A stretch of DNA of 64,000 bases from Bacillota bacterium (GCA_012839445.1 DUNI01000171.1:3800-67799); one strand, 5' to 3'. Shown: positions 50,120 to 60,034, counted from the stretch's first letter. Notes: generated by a model not told the origin, from the letters alone. A program made the numbers and translations.

Positions 50120-51895
50120 TTACCCCCTGATAGATTGAAAACACCACTTTAGTCGTACAGCCGGCCAGGTATTTACAACATCTTCGGCTTCTAGGCCGGC
50201 GCGTCTGGCTACGCTTACGCCGTATTCCATATCTGCCAGACGTTGAGCATCATGGGCGTCGGTGTTAATGGCAAGTTTTAGTCCAAGATTCTTAGCTTTG
50301 CTTGCCCACTCAGCATTAAGATCCAGTCGTTCAGGGGATGAATTTATTTCCATAATTTTACCCAGTTGTTGGGCCTCCTTTAGGACTGTATCCAGATCTA
50401 CTTGATAAGCAGGTCTTCTTCCTATGAGTCGCCCGCTTGGATGAGCTAAAATATCTACGTATGGATTACGCAAAGCAGATAGAATTCGTTTGGTCATAGT
50501 CTCTCGATCTTGTTTAAAACCAGAATGAACCGAGGCGATAACAAGGTCTAGCTTGGCCAATAATTCGTTTGGAAGGTCTAACTGGCCGTCAGCCAAAATG
50601 TCTACTTCAATTCCCGCTAGAATTGTCAAGTTGGGGAATTTGGGCCTTACTGCTTTAATTTCTTCGATCTGTTTGTTAAGTCGGCGGGCATCTAATCCGC
50701 GGGCAATTCTTAACCTTTGGGAATGATCAGTAATAGCAATATATTCATATCCGCGTTCTATGGCAGCTTGAGCCAACGAGGCAACACTCTCCTTACCATC
50801 GCTCCAGTTGGTATGCAAGTGCAAATCTCCTCTGATTTGTTCAAGAGAAATAACTTGGGGTAAAGTTCCTTGTGCTGCTGACAACACCTCTTCTTTACCA
50901 GCCCGAAGTTCCGGTATAACGTACTCTAATCTCAAATACCGATAAAGATCTTCTTCGGTTTCTATAATTATAGGCCCATGTTTCCCAATGAGCGCATGGG
51001 GTGTAAGTTCCAGTTGGTGTTTTTTAGCTTGAGCGACTAAGTGTAGCCAGTGCTCTTTTGAACCTGTATAGTAGCAGAGTTGTGTTGGAAACTCAGATGG
51101 TGTTACCACAACAAGCCGAAGTTTGAGCCCACCGATACCTAACAGCACCGTTATGTCAGTGGGACTGGCGTTGATGACTTTTCGGACGTAAGGTGCAGAA
51201 GAAAAAGTGGCGAGGATATCTTCAGCTAGATCTAATCGTGCACCAACTACCAAGATCGCTTGATGCACAAATTCTTCTCTTCGCCTTATCTCGCCTGCTA
51301 CTTCTATATATTCCACTACAGGCAATTGTCCCATAGCCTCAGCCAACTCATAGGCTACGGTAGCAGCTTCCCCTAAAGGCAACCCTACGGACACACGGCC
51401 CATTTTGGCTAGGGCTCCTTTGATTGCTAGCTCGGACTTAGTTCCCAGTCCAGGAAGTTCGCGCAGTTTTTGCTGGGACACCGCTTTCTTTAGTTCTTCC
51501 AAGTTAGCGATGCCCAAATGTTCATGTATGGTGTGAACCGTACGAGGACCTACACCTGGAATAAGTAAGAGCTGTCGTAACTGGGCAGGTACTTCTTGGC
51601 GCAACTCTTTTAGATAGGTTAATTGCCCGCTGTCCAATAACTCATGAATCTTAGCGGCTAAAGCCTGCCCTATCCCCGGTAGTTCTGTTAATCGATTTTC
51701 AGCCCAATAAACACTAATGTCCTCGTCTAAGCTAGCTAACAGACGAGATGCTTGCCTGTAAGAGCGTATTTTAAAGGGATTAGCCCCTTTAATTTCTAGT
51801 AGATCGGCAATTTCAAGAAAGACCCAGGAAATCTCAAGATTATTCACAATTGTCCCCCTTAACCTAAGGTTCCCCTTGTAGCGGTCTTTAAGCAT
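50120..51895 (-). CDS. polX: DNA polymerase/3'-5' exonuclease PolX (Pol beta-like domain plus PHP domain)
   Basis: HhH motifs (LPGIG, IPGVGP) and C-terminal PHP (DLHLHTNWSDG, TDHS, NTDAH). Confidence 0.88.
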   Translation of the reverse strand: MLKDRYKGNLRLRGTIVNNLEISWVFLEIADLLEIKGANPFKIRSYRQASRLLASLDEDISVYWAENRLTELPGIGQALAAKIHELLDSGQLTYLKELRQEVPAQLRQLLLIPGVGPRTVHTIHEHLGIANLEELKKAVSQQKLRELPGLGTKSELAIKGALAKMGRVSVGLPLGEAATVAYELAEAMGQLPVVEYIEVAGEIRRREEFVHQAILVVGARLDLAEDILATFSSAPYVRKVINASPTDITVLLGIGGLKLRLVVVTPSEFPTQLCYYTGSKEHWLHLVAQAKKHQLELTPHALIGKHGPIIIETEEDLYRYLRLEYVIPELRAGKEEVLSAAQGTLPQVISLEQIRGDLHLHTNWSDGKESVASLAQAAIERGYEYIAITDHSQRLRIARGLDARRLNKQIEEIKAVRPKFPNLTILAGIEVDILADGQLDLPNELLAKLDLVIASVHSGFKQDRETMTKRILSALRNPYVDILAHPSGRLIGRRPAYQVDLDTVLKEAQQLGKIMEINSSPERLDLNAEWASKAKNLGLKLAINTDAHDAQRLADMEYGVSVARRAGLEAEDVVNTWPAVRLKWCFQSIRG

Positions 51896-52436
51896 CAGAC
51901 AGTATTACGTAAGATAAATACCTAGTTTCAGGGCCAGCCAAGGGTAGTGGTAACAGTGGACCCAGTCCCTGCCAGAAGAAACGGCCGAACGCAGGGGCAA
52001 CTGACCAGAAATATTGGCCTATTTCCGAGGCCTGTATAAGTTTAACGAAGTAAGGCCACGGCAGGTAAGCTAATATGCCGATAACAAAAGTAACCACAAT
52101 GGTGCCGATACCTAGTCCTACAGCTGCCCCTGCGAATCGGTCCATGCTAGAGAGTCCGGGAATATAGATCGCACGCTTGATGATGTTAGCAACGGCTTTA
52201 GCAGCTACCCTCCCAGCCACAAACAAGCCTAGAAAAAAAAGAGCAGACAGAAGCCAGGCTGGCCCCACCAAGTAAGGAGTGACAAAGGCGACCATGTGCC
52301 CTACATAACGAGTTCCTAGCCACAGTCCCAACACAAGTCCGCCCATATCTCCTAACATGCTGAGCAAACCTTTCCGCCAGCCCATAACCATATGGAAGAC
52401 TAAGATAAGGATGATACCCAGGTCCAGCAGGCTCAC
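51888..52436 (-). CDS. cvpA: CvpA-family membrane protein
   Basis: 182 aa with four hydrophobic helices. Sits between zapA and polX as in Bacillus (yshB). Confidence 0.75.
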   Translation of the reverse strand: MSLLDLGIILILVFHMVMGWRKGLLSMLGDMGGLVLGLWLGTRYVGHMVAFVTPYLVGPAWLLSALFFLGLFVAGRVAAKAVANIIKRAIYIPGLSSMDRFAGAAVGLGIGTIVVTFVIGILAYLPWPYFVKLIQASEIGQYFWSVAPAFGRFFWQGLGPLLPLPLAGPETRYLSYVILSDA

Positions 52437-52454
52437 GTGTCTTCACTCCTGGAT

Positions 52455-52745
52455 TCAGGTTGATTCAGAAGGTGAATCGTAATCCTGAAGCAGCTGCAAG
52501 AGTTCATCGTAATCTTCTTTCGTTCGATGAAGTTTGGCAGCAATGTTTATTGCTGCCAAGATGACTACTTGCATAGTGCTAAGGCAAGGATTGTTCTGCC
52601 TAATTTCAGACATAATCTCATCCACATAGCTGCCAAGCTTGCGAATGCGGTCAGCCGGCGCTTTGCCCTTAACCACGTATTCTTCTCCTAAAATACGAAC
52701 AGTTACTCGGTTCTCAGTATTGACAGTCATGACTCTCACCCTCAT
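52455..52745 (-). CDS. zapA: cell division protein ZapA
   Basis: 96 aa with V.I.G.EY.V.G plus a coiled-coil tail. Conserved position after pheT. Confidence 0.8.
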   Translation of the reverse strand: MRVRVMTVNTENRVTVRILGEEYVVKGKAPADRIRKLGSYVDEIMSEIRQNNPCLSTMQVVILAAINIAAKLHRTKEDYDELLQLLQDYDSPSEST

Positions 52746-52829
52746 TTTTGCATCAGCTAGTGTAGTTTATGACTGTATTCAGCATGTAGAGAGAAAACTC
52801 CTGCTCTATCGTAACCTCTTTTGCTTTCT

Positions 52830-55259
52830 CTAGTGTCTTACAAAAGCGCCCAGTTTTTCTGCAGCATGTTGAAGGATCGTCTCTATGTGAGGATTTATGT
52901 CTTCCTCTGTAAGTGTATGATCTGGCGCACGGAACAACAAAGAATACGCGAGGCTTTTATAACCTATTGGTATAGGTTCCCCAAGGTAAACATCAAACAG
53001 CTTCAATTGTGCAAGATAAGGTCCAGCGGCTTCCCTAATAACTTCTTCAGCTACGATAGCTTCAATATCTTGGGGAACTGTTAAGGCCAAATCACGCTCT
53101 ACACTAGGATAGCGTGGTAAAGGCTGATATTTCCTTGTAAGTTCCATTTGCATAAACAAGGCTGATAGATCCAGTTCTAATGCATAAACACGCGTTGCCA
53201 AATCGAAGGATTCGGCCACATCCGGATGGAGCTCGCCTAAAGAAGCAAGTTGTTCGTTCTCATTCATCTTAAAGGTGGCTTGTCGACCAGGATGATAACA
53301 GTTTAAAGCACTGGGGACAAATTTTCCCGATACACCTAACTTATGAATTAGTGTCTCTAGTATTCCCTTAAGGCGATAAAAATCGTTCTCCTGTGACTTA
53401 CTTTGCCATGAGTCCTCACCTTTTGTACCAGCCAAGACTATGGCTAGATGGCGAGGCATGGAGGGTAATTCAGTAAGTGGCATTCTTTCGGGCAGATACA
53501 CGCGACTTATCTCAAAGATGTTTATAGCCTTAGCTTTGTGTCGGAGGTTAAAGGCAGCAACTTCTAACAAGCTAGGTAATAATGTGGTACGCAGCACAGA
53601 TTGTTCTTCGCTTAGAGGGAACATGAGAGGTATCAGATTTTCCTGATTGTCATTTGGGGACAGCTTAAGCTTAGCCATGCTTTTGGGATTTATGAAACTG
53701 TAGGTCTGTACCTCGTCGAGGCCACAACCACGAAGAATATCTTTGATTTGTAGTTCAATACTAAGTTCTAATGGCCTTCGACCTATCTTTAGTTTACCTT
53801 CTAAAGGTAGAGCTGGAATGCGATCGAAACCATATAGGCGAGCCACTTCTTCCACCAAATCAGCTTCCTGCTTGAGATCTTGTCGGAAGGTGGGAATTCG
53901 TACTTGAAGTGTATCCCTGCTTTCTTGTACTACCTGAAGCTGCAATCTTTCCAACGCTTTCTTAATAAATACATCTTCTATTGAGGCTCCGATTAGACGA
54001 CGCATACGATCAGGGTTGGCAGTGATAACGTGTGGTGTAACAGGTTCGGGATAAACGTCGAGTATACTACCTAGTTCCCCAGCTTCTAATTCTTTTAGGA
54101 GCATGCTGGTTCGGTGCAAAGCAAATAGGACTCCATTTGGGTCGACACCACGTTCGAATCGTAACGATGCTTCGGTTCTCATTCCTAAGGAACGAGCTGT
54201 GCGACGGATATTGATATTGGCAAAAGAAGCCGATTCTAAGAGTACGGTATCTGTGTTAGTTGTTATCTCTGAGTTCAACCCCCCCATGATACCGGCCAGA
54301 GCCTGCGGCTTTTCACCGTCGGCAATAACTAACATATCTTCAGTTAGTTTTTGTTCGGTTCCATCTAGAGTAATCAAAACTTCGTCTGGGCGTGCATGGC
54401 GCACGACAATTTGTTTCTGAGCTAGCTTGGAATAGTCAAAGGCGTGCAGAGGCTGCCCTGTTTCCAACATAACGTAATTGGTGATGTCCACAATGTTGTT
54501 AACGGGACGCATGCCTGCTGCCATCAGCCGTTGTTTAAGCCATGCAGGTGAGGAACCAAGTGAGACATTGCTAATCAAGGCCCCTGCATATCGATGACAA
54601 AGATCAGGTGCAGCAACAGTAATATCAAATAGCGAACCCTCATCCTCGTTACTCTTGGGAACAGGAACCATGGTTTGTGGTAGAACAAGTTTGGCTCCGG
54701 TAGCAGTTGCTACTTCACGGGCCACTCCAATCATGCTAAGACAATCGGACCGGTTTGGAGTTACTTCTATATCCAGCACTATGTCCCCTAACTGTAAAAC
54801 TTGAGCCACACTATCCCCTGGATTAGCTGTTCTTGGCAGGATCAATATACCGGTGGTTTCCTTTCCTTCCGGTTCTTCCCAAGAGAGCTCCTGAGAAGAA
54901 CAGAGCATACCCTCTGACAACAATCCTTTAAATCTTGAAGCTTCTATGGTTTGACCATTTGGCAAAGATGCTCCCGGAAGAGCCAAAGGAACCTTAAGGC
55001 CGGGTTTCAGATTTTGAGCACCGGTGACTAATTGTTTAACACCAAAAGAGCCAGCGTTGACTTGCACCACAAAAAGGTGTTCTGTTTCTGGATGGAGTTT
55101 AATTTCCACTACTTGAGCTACGATGACCCAGTCTAATTGGTTAGCCCGTTCGATACTGTCTACTTCTAGCCCGGCTAGTGTTAAGATATCAGCTAATTGT
55201 GTTGGAGACGGTAGTTTTTCAGACACATAGTCTTGTAACCAACTATATGGTACACGCAT
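52830..55259 (-). CDS. pheT: phenylalanine-tRNA ligase beta subunit
   Basis: Canonical N-terminus MRVPYSWLQDYV at ATG 55259, 7 nt after GGAGGG. The track extension to 55376 overlaps pheS. Confidence 0.95.
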   Translation of the reverse strand: MRVPYSWLQDYVSEKLPSPTQLADILTLAGLEVDSIERANQLDWVIVAQVVEIKLHPETEHLFVVQVNAGSFGVKQLVTGAQNLKPGLKVPLALPGASLPNGQTIEASRFKGLLSEGMLCSSQELSWEEPEGKETTGILILPRTANPGDSVAQVLQLGDIVLDIEVTPNRSDCLSMIGVAREVATATGAKLVLPQTMVPVPKSNEDEGSLFDITVAAPDLCHRYAGALISNVSLGSSPAWLKQRLMAAGMRPVNNIVDITNYVMLETGQPLHAFDYSKLAQKQIVVRHARPDEVLITLDGTEQKLTEDMLVIADGEKPQALAGIMGGLNSEITTNTDTVLLESASFANINIRRTARSLGMRTEASLRFERGVDPNGVLFALHRTSMLLKELEAGELGSILDVYPEPVTPHVITANPDRMRRLIGASIEDVFIKKALERLQLQVVQESRDTLQVRIPTFRQDLKQEADLVEEVARLYGFDRIPALPLEGKLKIGRRPLELSIELQIKDILRGCGLDEVQTYSFINPKSMAKLKLSPNDNQENLIPLMFPLSEEQSVLRTTLLPSLLEVAAFNLRHKAKAINIFEISRVYLPERMPLTELPSMPRHLAIVLAGTKGEDSWQSKSQENDFYRLKGILETLIHKLGVSGKFVPSALNCYHPGRQATFKMNENEQLASLGELHPDVAESFDLATRVYALELDLSALFMQMELTRKYQPLPRYPSVERDLALTVPQDIEAIVAEEVIREAAGPYLAQLKLFDVYLGEPIPIGYKSLAYSLLFRAPDHTLTEEDINPHIETILQHAAEKLGAFVRH

Positions 55260-55272
55260 ATTATTCCCTCCT

Positions 55273-56298
55273 CTAAAACTGGTGCAAAAAGCGAAGGTCA
55301 TTTTCATAGAAAAGGCGAATGTCATCGATTCCATATTTGAGCATAGCAATTCTATCCGGTCCCATGCCAGCAGCAAATCCTGAAATTTTACTTGGATCGT
55401 ATCCCGCTATTTCCAAGACCTTGGGGTGCACCATACCACACCCTAGTACTTCTAGCCAGCCAGTTCCTTTGCAGAGACTGCATCCTTCACCTTCACAAGC
55501 AAAGCAGGAAATATCAACTTCGGCACTGGGTTCGGTGAATGGAAAAAAACTGGGGCGCAGACGTATACTTCTTTCCTTACCAAACATTTCCCTAACAAAT
55601 ACGAGAAGGGTGTGTTTGAGGTTGGCAAAGCTTACGTTTTCGTCTACCACCAAAACCTCAGTCTGGTAAAACATAGGCGAATGAGTAGCATCAGCCAGAT
55701 CGCGACGATAACAACGGCCAGGGCAAATTACGCGTATAGGAAGTTCAGGGGCTACTTGTTCCATAATACGGGCCTGAAAAGGCGATGTATGAGTCCGTAA
55801 AAGAATTTCCTCGGTTAAGTAGAAGCTGTCCTGCATATCTCGTGCGGGATGGTGTTTAGGTATATTTAGAGCCTCAAAATTGTAATAATCGTACTCCACT
55901 TCTGGGCCCTCAAATACATCAAACCCCATCTGCAGAAAGATATTTACGATGTCTTCTAGTACTAACGACAGCGGATGTTTGTGACCAAGGGTCGTGGTTG
56001 CACCGGGCAAAGTAATGTCCAGTTGTTCTCTCTCTAGTTGCTTAAGGCGAACTAAACGTCGTACCTCTTCAATATGGCTAGTTAACTCTGTTTCTAGCCG
56101 GTGGCGAATTTCATTAGCCAGTTGACCAATGATAGGCCGTTTTTCCGGAGCGACATCTTTCATTTGTCGAAGAATTTGAGTTAATTCGCCCTTGCGTCCT
56201 AGGAATCTGATACGTACTTTATCCAGTTCTTCCTGTGTTGTTGCATCTGAGATAGCTTTTAAGGCAGTTGATAGCAAGGACTGCAGCTTTCTTTCCAT
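55273..56298 (-). CDS. pheS: phenylalanine-tRNA ligase alpha subunit
   Basis: Class II motifs (HP.RDMQDSFY, FRPS.FPFTEPS, GMG..R). ATG 56298 follows AAGGAGG. The track extension runs into the T-box terminator. Confidence 0.95.
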   Translation of the reverse strand: MERKLQSLLSTALKAISDATTQEELDKVRIRFLGRKGELTQILRQMKDVAPEKRPIIGQLANEIRHRLETELTSHIEEVRRLVRLKQLEREQLDITLPGATTTLGHKHPLSLVLEDIVNIFLQMGFDVFEGPEVEYDYYNFEALNIPKHHPARDMQDSFYLTEEILLRTHTSPFQARIMEQVAPELPIRVICPGRCYRRDLADATHSPMFYQTEVLVVDENVSFANLKHTLLVFVREMFGKERSIRLRPSFFPFTEPSAEVDISCFACEGEGCSLCKGTGWLEVLGCGMVHPKVLEIAGYDPSKISGFAAGMGPDRIAMLKYGIDDIRLFYENDLRFLHQF

Positions 56299-56552
56299 TC
56301 TTGGATTGCCTCCTTTTCGGTAAACAAAAAAAGCCTTCGTCAAAGGGACGAAGGCTTTCGTGGTACCACCCTACTTTAGTGCCATAAGGCACCCTTATGG
56401 TCGATAACGAAACCATCCGGCACAGCTTACTAAAACTTCAGCCTGCAGCTTAGAAGTGAACTTCCATTATGTTCTGCCCAGTACGGCTCTCAGTCACGGC
56501 CGTTTCTTCCCTGTAGGGTAGACCAAATGTACTCTCTTCCTCGTCGCCATAA
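56299..56552 (-). promoter_or_regulatory. T-box leader (Phe) of pheS-pheT
   Basis: T-box core TAGGGTGGTACCACG (56359-56371). Terminator GAAAGCCTTCGTC...GACGAAGGCTTT plus T7 (about 56325-56358). Candidate specifier UUC at 56460-56458 followed by A. Confidence 0.9.
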
Positions 56553-56693
56553 TCCATTTTTTACTGAAGCATCAGCTTTCGATACACCAGATAGGCGATG
56601 ACAGACCCGGTGTTCTCGAATAATCGCCAAAAAAAGTCCGCGGCCATCATGCGCTATCCACCCCTTGCTTATGTTGGGGAGCTTCTGACCATG

Positions 56694-56722
56694 ATTATAG
56701 CATAAGGCTTTCTTATTTACAA
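56694..56722 (-). promoter_or_regulatory. sigma-A-type promoter upstream of the pheS leader
   Basis: TTGTAA, 17 nt spacer, TGcTATAAT (extended -10). Overlaps the 3' end of the methyltransferase gene. Confidence 0.55.
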
Positions 56723-57531
56723 CCACCAGAACATGACTGTTGGCGTATAGTCTCAAAAAGCACAACTGCGCCAGCTACAGCTACGTTAAGGGATTCCACC
56801 GGAGACACCAATGGTATAGAAGCCTTGATTCCCTCTAAATCGAGTAACTCATGGCTTATACCTGAGCCTTCGTTACCAAGAACCAATAATGTTGGTTGCT
56901 TAAAGTTTACTTGCCACCAGGGTATACCCCCTTCTGGTACTGTAAAAACTATTTGCCAATCATTGTCTAGACAATAGTTGCACAATTTCTGTCCGTTATC
57001 GTCAAGAATTATTACAGGTAGACGAAACAATGACCCCATGCTGGCCCTTATCACTTTACCGCTAAATGGATATACGGAACCGGCGGTGAAAAATACTCCT
57101 CCCGCTCCAACTGCTTCTGCAGTGCGGATAATGGTACCGGTATTGCCTGGATCTTGAATCATGTCACCCAAGACCATAAGATTTGCACCCTCTATGATGG
57201 AGTTGGGTTTAGGCATGATTGGAAAACATACTGTGGCCACTATTCCTTGTGGGGACTTTGTTTCCGACACACTAGACAATACAGCTTCAGTGGTAGCTAC
57301 AATAGTAACCCCTTTGCCCTGAAGATTATTTAACAGATCCAGTGTCCGGGTATCAATTGTCATTTCAGGACAGTATAAAACTGTGTCGATGTCGCATCCA
57401 GATATTACTGCTTCTTCCAATAACCGTACGCCCTCAATAAGGAATTGTCTTTTTGATCTCCGGACTTTGTTGTAATGCAATGCGCGCATACTACGCACCA
57501 ATGGATTATTACGTGACTGAACAAATTTCAT
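56713..57531 (-). CDS. TrmH/SpoU-family RNA 2'-O-methyltransferase
   Basis: 272 aa with an N-terminal substrate-binding domain and SPOUT motifs (DPGN.G...R.A.A, LGNEG.G, SLNV..A). Lies upstream of pheS, like Bacillus ysgA. Confidence 0.85.
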   Translation of the reverse strand: MKFVQSRNNPLVRSMRALHYNKVRRSKRQFLIEGVRLLEEAVISGCDIDTVLYCPEMTIDTRTLDLLNNLQGKGVTIVATTEAVLSSVSETKSPQGIVATVCFPIMPKPNSIIEGANLMVLGDMIQDPGNTGTIIRTAEAVGAGGVFFTAGSVYPFSGKVIRASMGSLFRLPVIILDDNGQKLCNYCLDNDWQIVFTVPEGGIPWWQVNFKQPTLLVLGNEGSGISHELLDLEGIKASIPLVSPVESLNVAVAGAVVLFETIRQQSCSGGCK

Positions 57532-58184
57532 TATTGAACACGCTCCAGTTGATCTATATCCTTGTTTTTTCCTAGCACCACAACAATATCATCGGCTCTA
57601 ATCAAGTCTTCAGCAGAAGGAGCCACCAATAATTCACTGCCCCGCTTTATAGCTAGGACGTAAATACCTAAGCGAGCTCTAAGATTAAGTTCATGTAAGG
57701 AACGTCCATGCCATGTTTCTTTAGAGGGTATTTCCACAATGCTGTATTCAGGAGAAAGCTGTATGTTGTCTATTATATTGGAAGAAACTAAATTCAAAGC
57801 AAGGCGGGTTCCCATATCTCGCTCAGGAAATACCACCTTATCAGCGCCCACTTTATGGAGGACTTTACCATGGAGTTCGCTTTGGGCCTTAGCTACAACA
57901 TATTGCACATCCAGTTCTTTTAGCAGTACGGTTACTAAAATACTAGCCTGGATATCATCACCGATGCCTACCACTGCCACATCAAAATTACGAATACCTA
58001 CGGCCCGAAGAGTTCCTTCATCTGTGGCATCGGCTTGGACAACATGAGTAACATCTTTGGCCAGGGCTTGAACAGTCTCTTCATCGCTATCTATGGCCAA
58101 TACATCGTAACCCATATCAAACAAAGTACGAGCTACACTGGATCCAAAGCGCCCGACTCCAATAACCGCATATTGTTTTTTGAT
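57531..58184 (-). CDS. trkA: Trk/Ktr potassium uptake system NAD-binding subunit (TrkA/KtrA); apparent ATC start
   Basis: The Rossmann motif AVIGVGRFG lies upstream of the first canonical start (TTG 58124). ATC 58184 sits 7 nt after GGAGGA. RCK_C domain at the C-terminus. Confidence 0.85.
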   Translation of the reverse strand: MKKQYAVIGVGRFGSSVARTLFDMGYDVLAIDSDEETVQALAKDVTHVVQADATDEGTLRAVGIRNFDVAVVGIGDDIQASILVTVLLKELDVQYVVAKAQSELHGKVLHKVGADKVVFPERDMGTRLALNLVSSNIIDNIQLSPEYSIVEIPSKETWHGRSLHELNLRARLGIYVLAIKRGSELLVAPSAEDLIRADDIVVVLGKNKDIDQLERVQ

Positions 58185-58196
58185 AACACATTCCTC

Positions 58197-59573
58197 CTAA
58201 CCCACTACAATCGACTCTTCAGGGTAGTTAATATGGTTTTGCTTTTGACGTTGCGCGATAGCTACAGCCAAAGTAAGAGGGCCTACCCTGCCAGTAAACA
58301 TAAGAGAAGCAATTATGAATCGTCCTAACACTGATAACTTAGGGGTAAAGGCAATCGATAACCCAACTGTGCCAAATGCAGATATGGTTTCAAAGAGTGT
58401 AGTTAGGAAATCAGCCCCATCACTTAATAATAAAATAAGCGTTATAGTGACTACTAAGAACGCAGAAAGTAGGGTTATGGCCATGCTTTTAAGAACTAGT
58501 CTAGAAGGAATAGAGCGCTCTCGAATTTCTATTCTGCTTTTACCTTGAATCGTGTTAGTTATGCTCATGATCAGAATTACAAAAGTTGTAGTTTTTATAC
58601 CGCCTCCGGTACCTCCAGGAGATGCACCAACAAACATTAGTAAAGTTAGAAAGAATAAAGTAGCAGGTCTAAGAGATTCCAAAGGTAATGTATTAAAGCC
58701 TGCAGTGCGAGGTGTTACTGCTTGAAAATAGGATGCTAGCAGCCGCTCTTTCCAGGGAGCTAAAGCCAAGGTGGCAGGATTATTGCTTTCAACGATCAGA
58801 ATAAATACCATGCCAAGCATAGTTAGCAATAAGGTGGTTTTTATTACCAGATGAGTATGAAGCGACACTTTATCAGCATGGGGCCAATTGAGAAGTTCCA
58901 CAATAACGGCAAAACCTAGGCCACCAAGAATAATGAGCGAAGTAATTACTAAGTTAACAACTATATCTCCGCGATAAGTAGTCAAGCTTAAGAAATCACC
59001 CTTTATGTCAAAACCGGCGTTGCAGAAAGCGGAGACAGAATGAAACACCCCCTGGAAAAAAGCTTCACCAGGTGAGTACTGTTGCCACCAACGCCAAGAG
59101 AGGAAGCTAGCCCCTACTGCTTCTACTATCACAGTAAACTTAAGAATTGCTTTAGTTAAACGAACAACTCCTTCTAGGGAAACACAGTTTAAAGCTTCTT
59201 GAATGACTAAGCGCTGGTGTAGCATAATGCGCCGTCCAAACAATATGGAAGCTAAGGTGGAGAGAGTCATGAAGCCTAGCCCACCAATTTGAATTAATCC
59301 AAGTAGTACTATGTGACCGAAACGGCTCCAGTAAGTTCCGGTGTCAACCACGACTAGGCCGGTTACGCAAACAGCAGACGTAGCGGTAAACAAGGCATCT
59401 ATAAAGGCTGTCGGCTTATGAGAAACAGAAGCAACCGGCAAAGTAAGAAGAAAAGTGCCTGTTAGAATAACAGCGGCAAAACCAGTAACTAAGACTTGAG
59501 GTGGGGTTAGTCTCCAACGAGGACTGAGTTCTAACCGAAAGGTGTGCACAGCACTAGCTCCTCTCGAATACAA
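58197..59573 (-). CDS. trkH: Trk/Ktr potassium transporter membrane subunit (TrkH/KtrB)
   Basis: 458 aa polytopic protein with repeated selectivity-filter-like G(L/F)G motifs (GGLGF, GFN, GGTGGG). Confidence 0.88.
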   Translation of the reverse strand: MYSRGASAVHTFRLELSPRWRLTPPQVLVTGFAAVILTGTFLLTLPVASVSHKPTAFIDALFTATSAVCVTGLVVVDTGTYWSRFGHIVLLGLIQIGGLGFMTLSTLASILFGRRIMLHQRLVIQEALNCVSLEGVVRLTKAILKFTVIVEAVGASFLSWRWWQQYSPGEAFFQGVFHSVSAFCNAGFDIKGDFLSLTTYRGDIVVNLVITSLIILGGLGFAVIVELLNWPHADKVSLHTHLVIKTTLLLTMLGMVFILIVESNNPATLALAPWKERLLASYFQAVTPRTAGFNTLPLESLRPATLFFLTLLMFVGASPGGTGGGIKTTTFVILIMSITNTIQGKSRIEIRERSIPSRLVLKSMAITLLSAFLVVTITLILLLSDGADFLTTLFETISAFGTVGLSIAFTPKLSVLGRFIIASLMFTGRVGPLTLAVAIAQRQKQNHINYPEESIVVG

Positions 59574-59635
59574 ACAGTACTAAGCGCTTATTGTCAATAA
59601 AGCCTAGCTATAGTTTATCCAGGCAAACGCTCAAC

Positions 59636-59668
59636 TAAAAGGTTCACCCGGGCTAATTAGCCCGGGTG
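59636..59668 (-). terminator. intrinsic terminator after rplT
   Basis: 10 bp stem CACCCGGGCT/AGCCCGGGTG with loop AATT, then AACCTTTT. Confidence 0.6.
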
Positions 59669-59671
59669 TTC

Positions 59672-60034
59672 TTATTGACTAGCAAGGTTTTGTTTGGCCA
59701 GCGCAACCAGGTCAGAAAAAGCCTGGTCATCGTGTATTGCAATTTCCGCCAGCATTTTACGGTTAATACCAACGCCGGCTTGCTTAAGACCATTTATTAA
59801 CCTGCTATAGGTAATTCCATTTGACCTGGCAGCTGCATTAATCCTAGCAATCCATAATTTGCGAAAATCACGTTTTTTGGCCCTTCGATCACGTCGGGCA
59901 TAGAACTGCGATTTTAACACACTCTGGTTAGCTGCTTTAAAAGTGCGGCTTCTGGCACCTCGATATCCACGGGCTAGCTTGAGTATTTTCTTATGACGAC
60001 GTCTACTAGAGACACCGCGCTTTACTCTTGGCAT
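59672..60034 (-). CDS. rplT: 50S ribosomal protein L20
   Basis: [23 protein letters not shown]. Confidence 0.97.
   Translation of the reverse strand: MPRVKRGVSSRRRHKKILKLARGYRGARSRTFKAANQSVLKSQFYARRDRRAKKRDFRKLWIARINAAARSNGITYSRLINGLKQAGVGINRKMLAEIAIHDDQAFSDLVALAKQNLASQ

Noticed and set aside
52198-52446. 82 aa alternative-frame ORF inside cvpA. Similar same-strand internal ORFs occur at 35336-35533, 37231-37473, 39004-39195, 32218-32412, 14947-15180, 9060-9263 and 22182-22379.
   Set aside because: They are embedded in other frames of confidently identified genes, with no SD or recognisable product.
55260-55376. N-terminal extensions of pheT in the track. The same question arose for pheS (to 56343), tyrS (to 44820), dapA, asd, the aspartokinase, nrnA, rbfA, truB, the FtsH-like gene and the OFOR delta subunit.
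   Set aside because: In each case an internal start has a well-spaced SD, reproduces the conserved family N-terminus, and removes overlap with an upstream gene or a leader structure.
56219-56765. 65 aa and 91 aa minus-strand ORFs upstream of pheS.
   Set aside because: They lie within the T-box leader and its upstream leader, crossing the terminator and T-box core, and have no SD.
58189-58191. ATG as the trkA start.
   Set aside because: It is out of frame with the Rossmann motif as sequenced and directly abuts the SD (0 nt spacing). It would work only if the A6 run were a sequencing error, so I kept it as an alternative in the finding.
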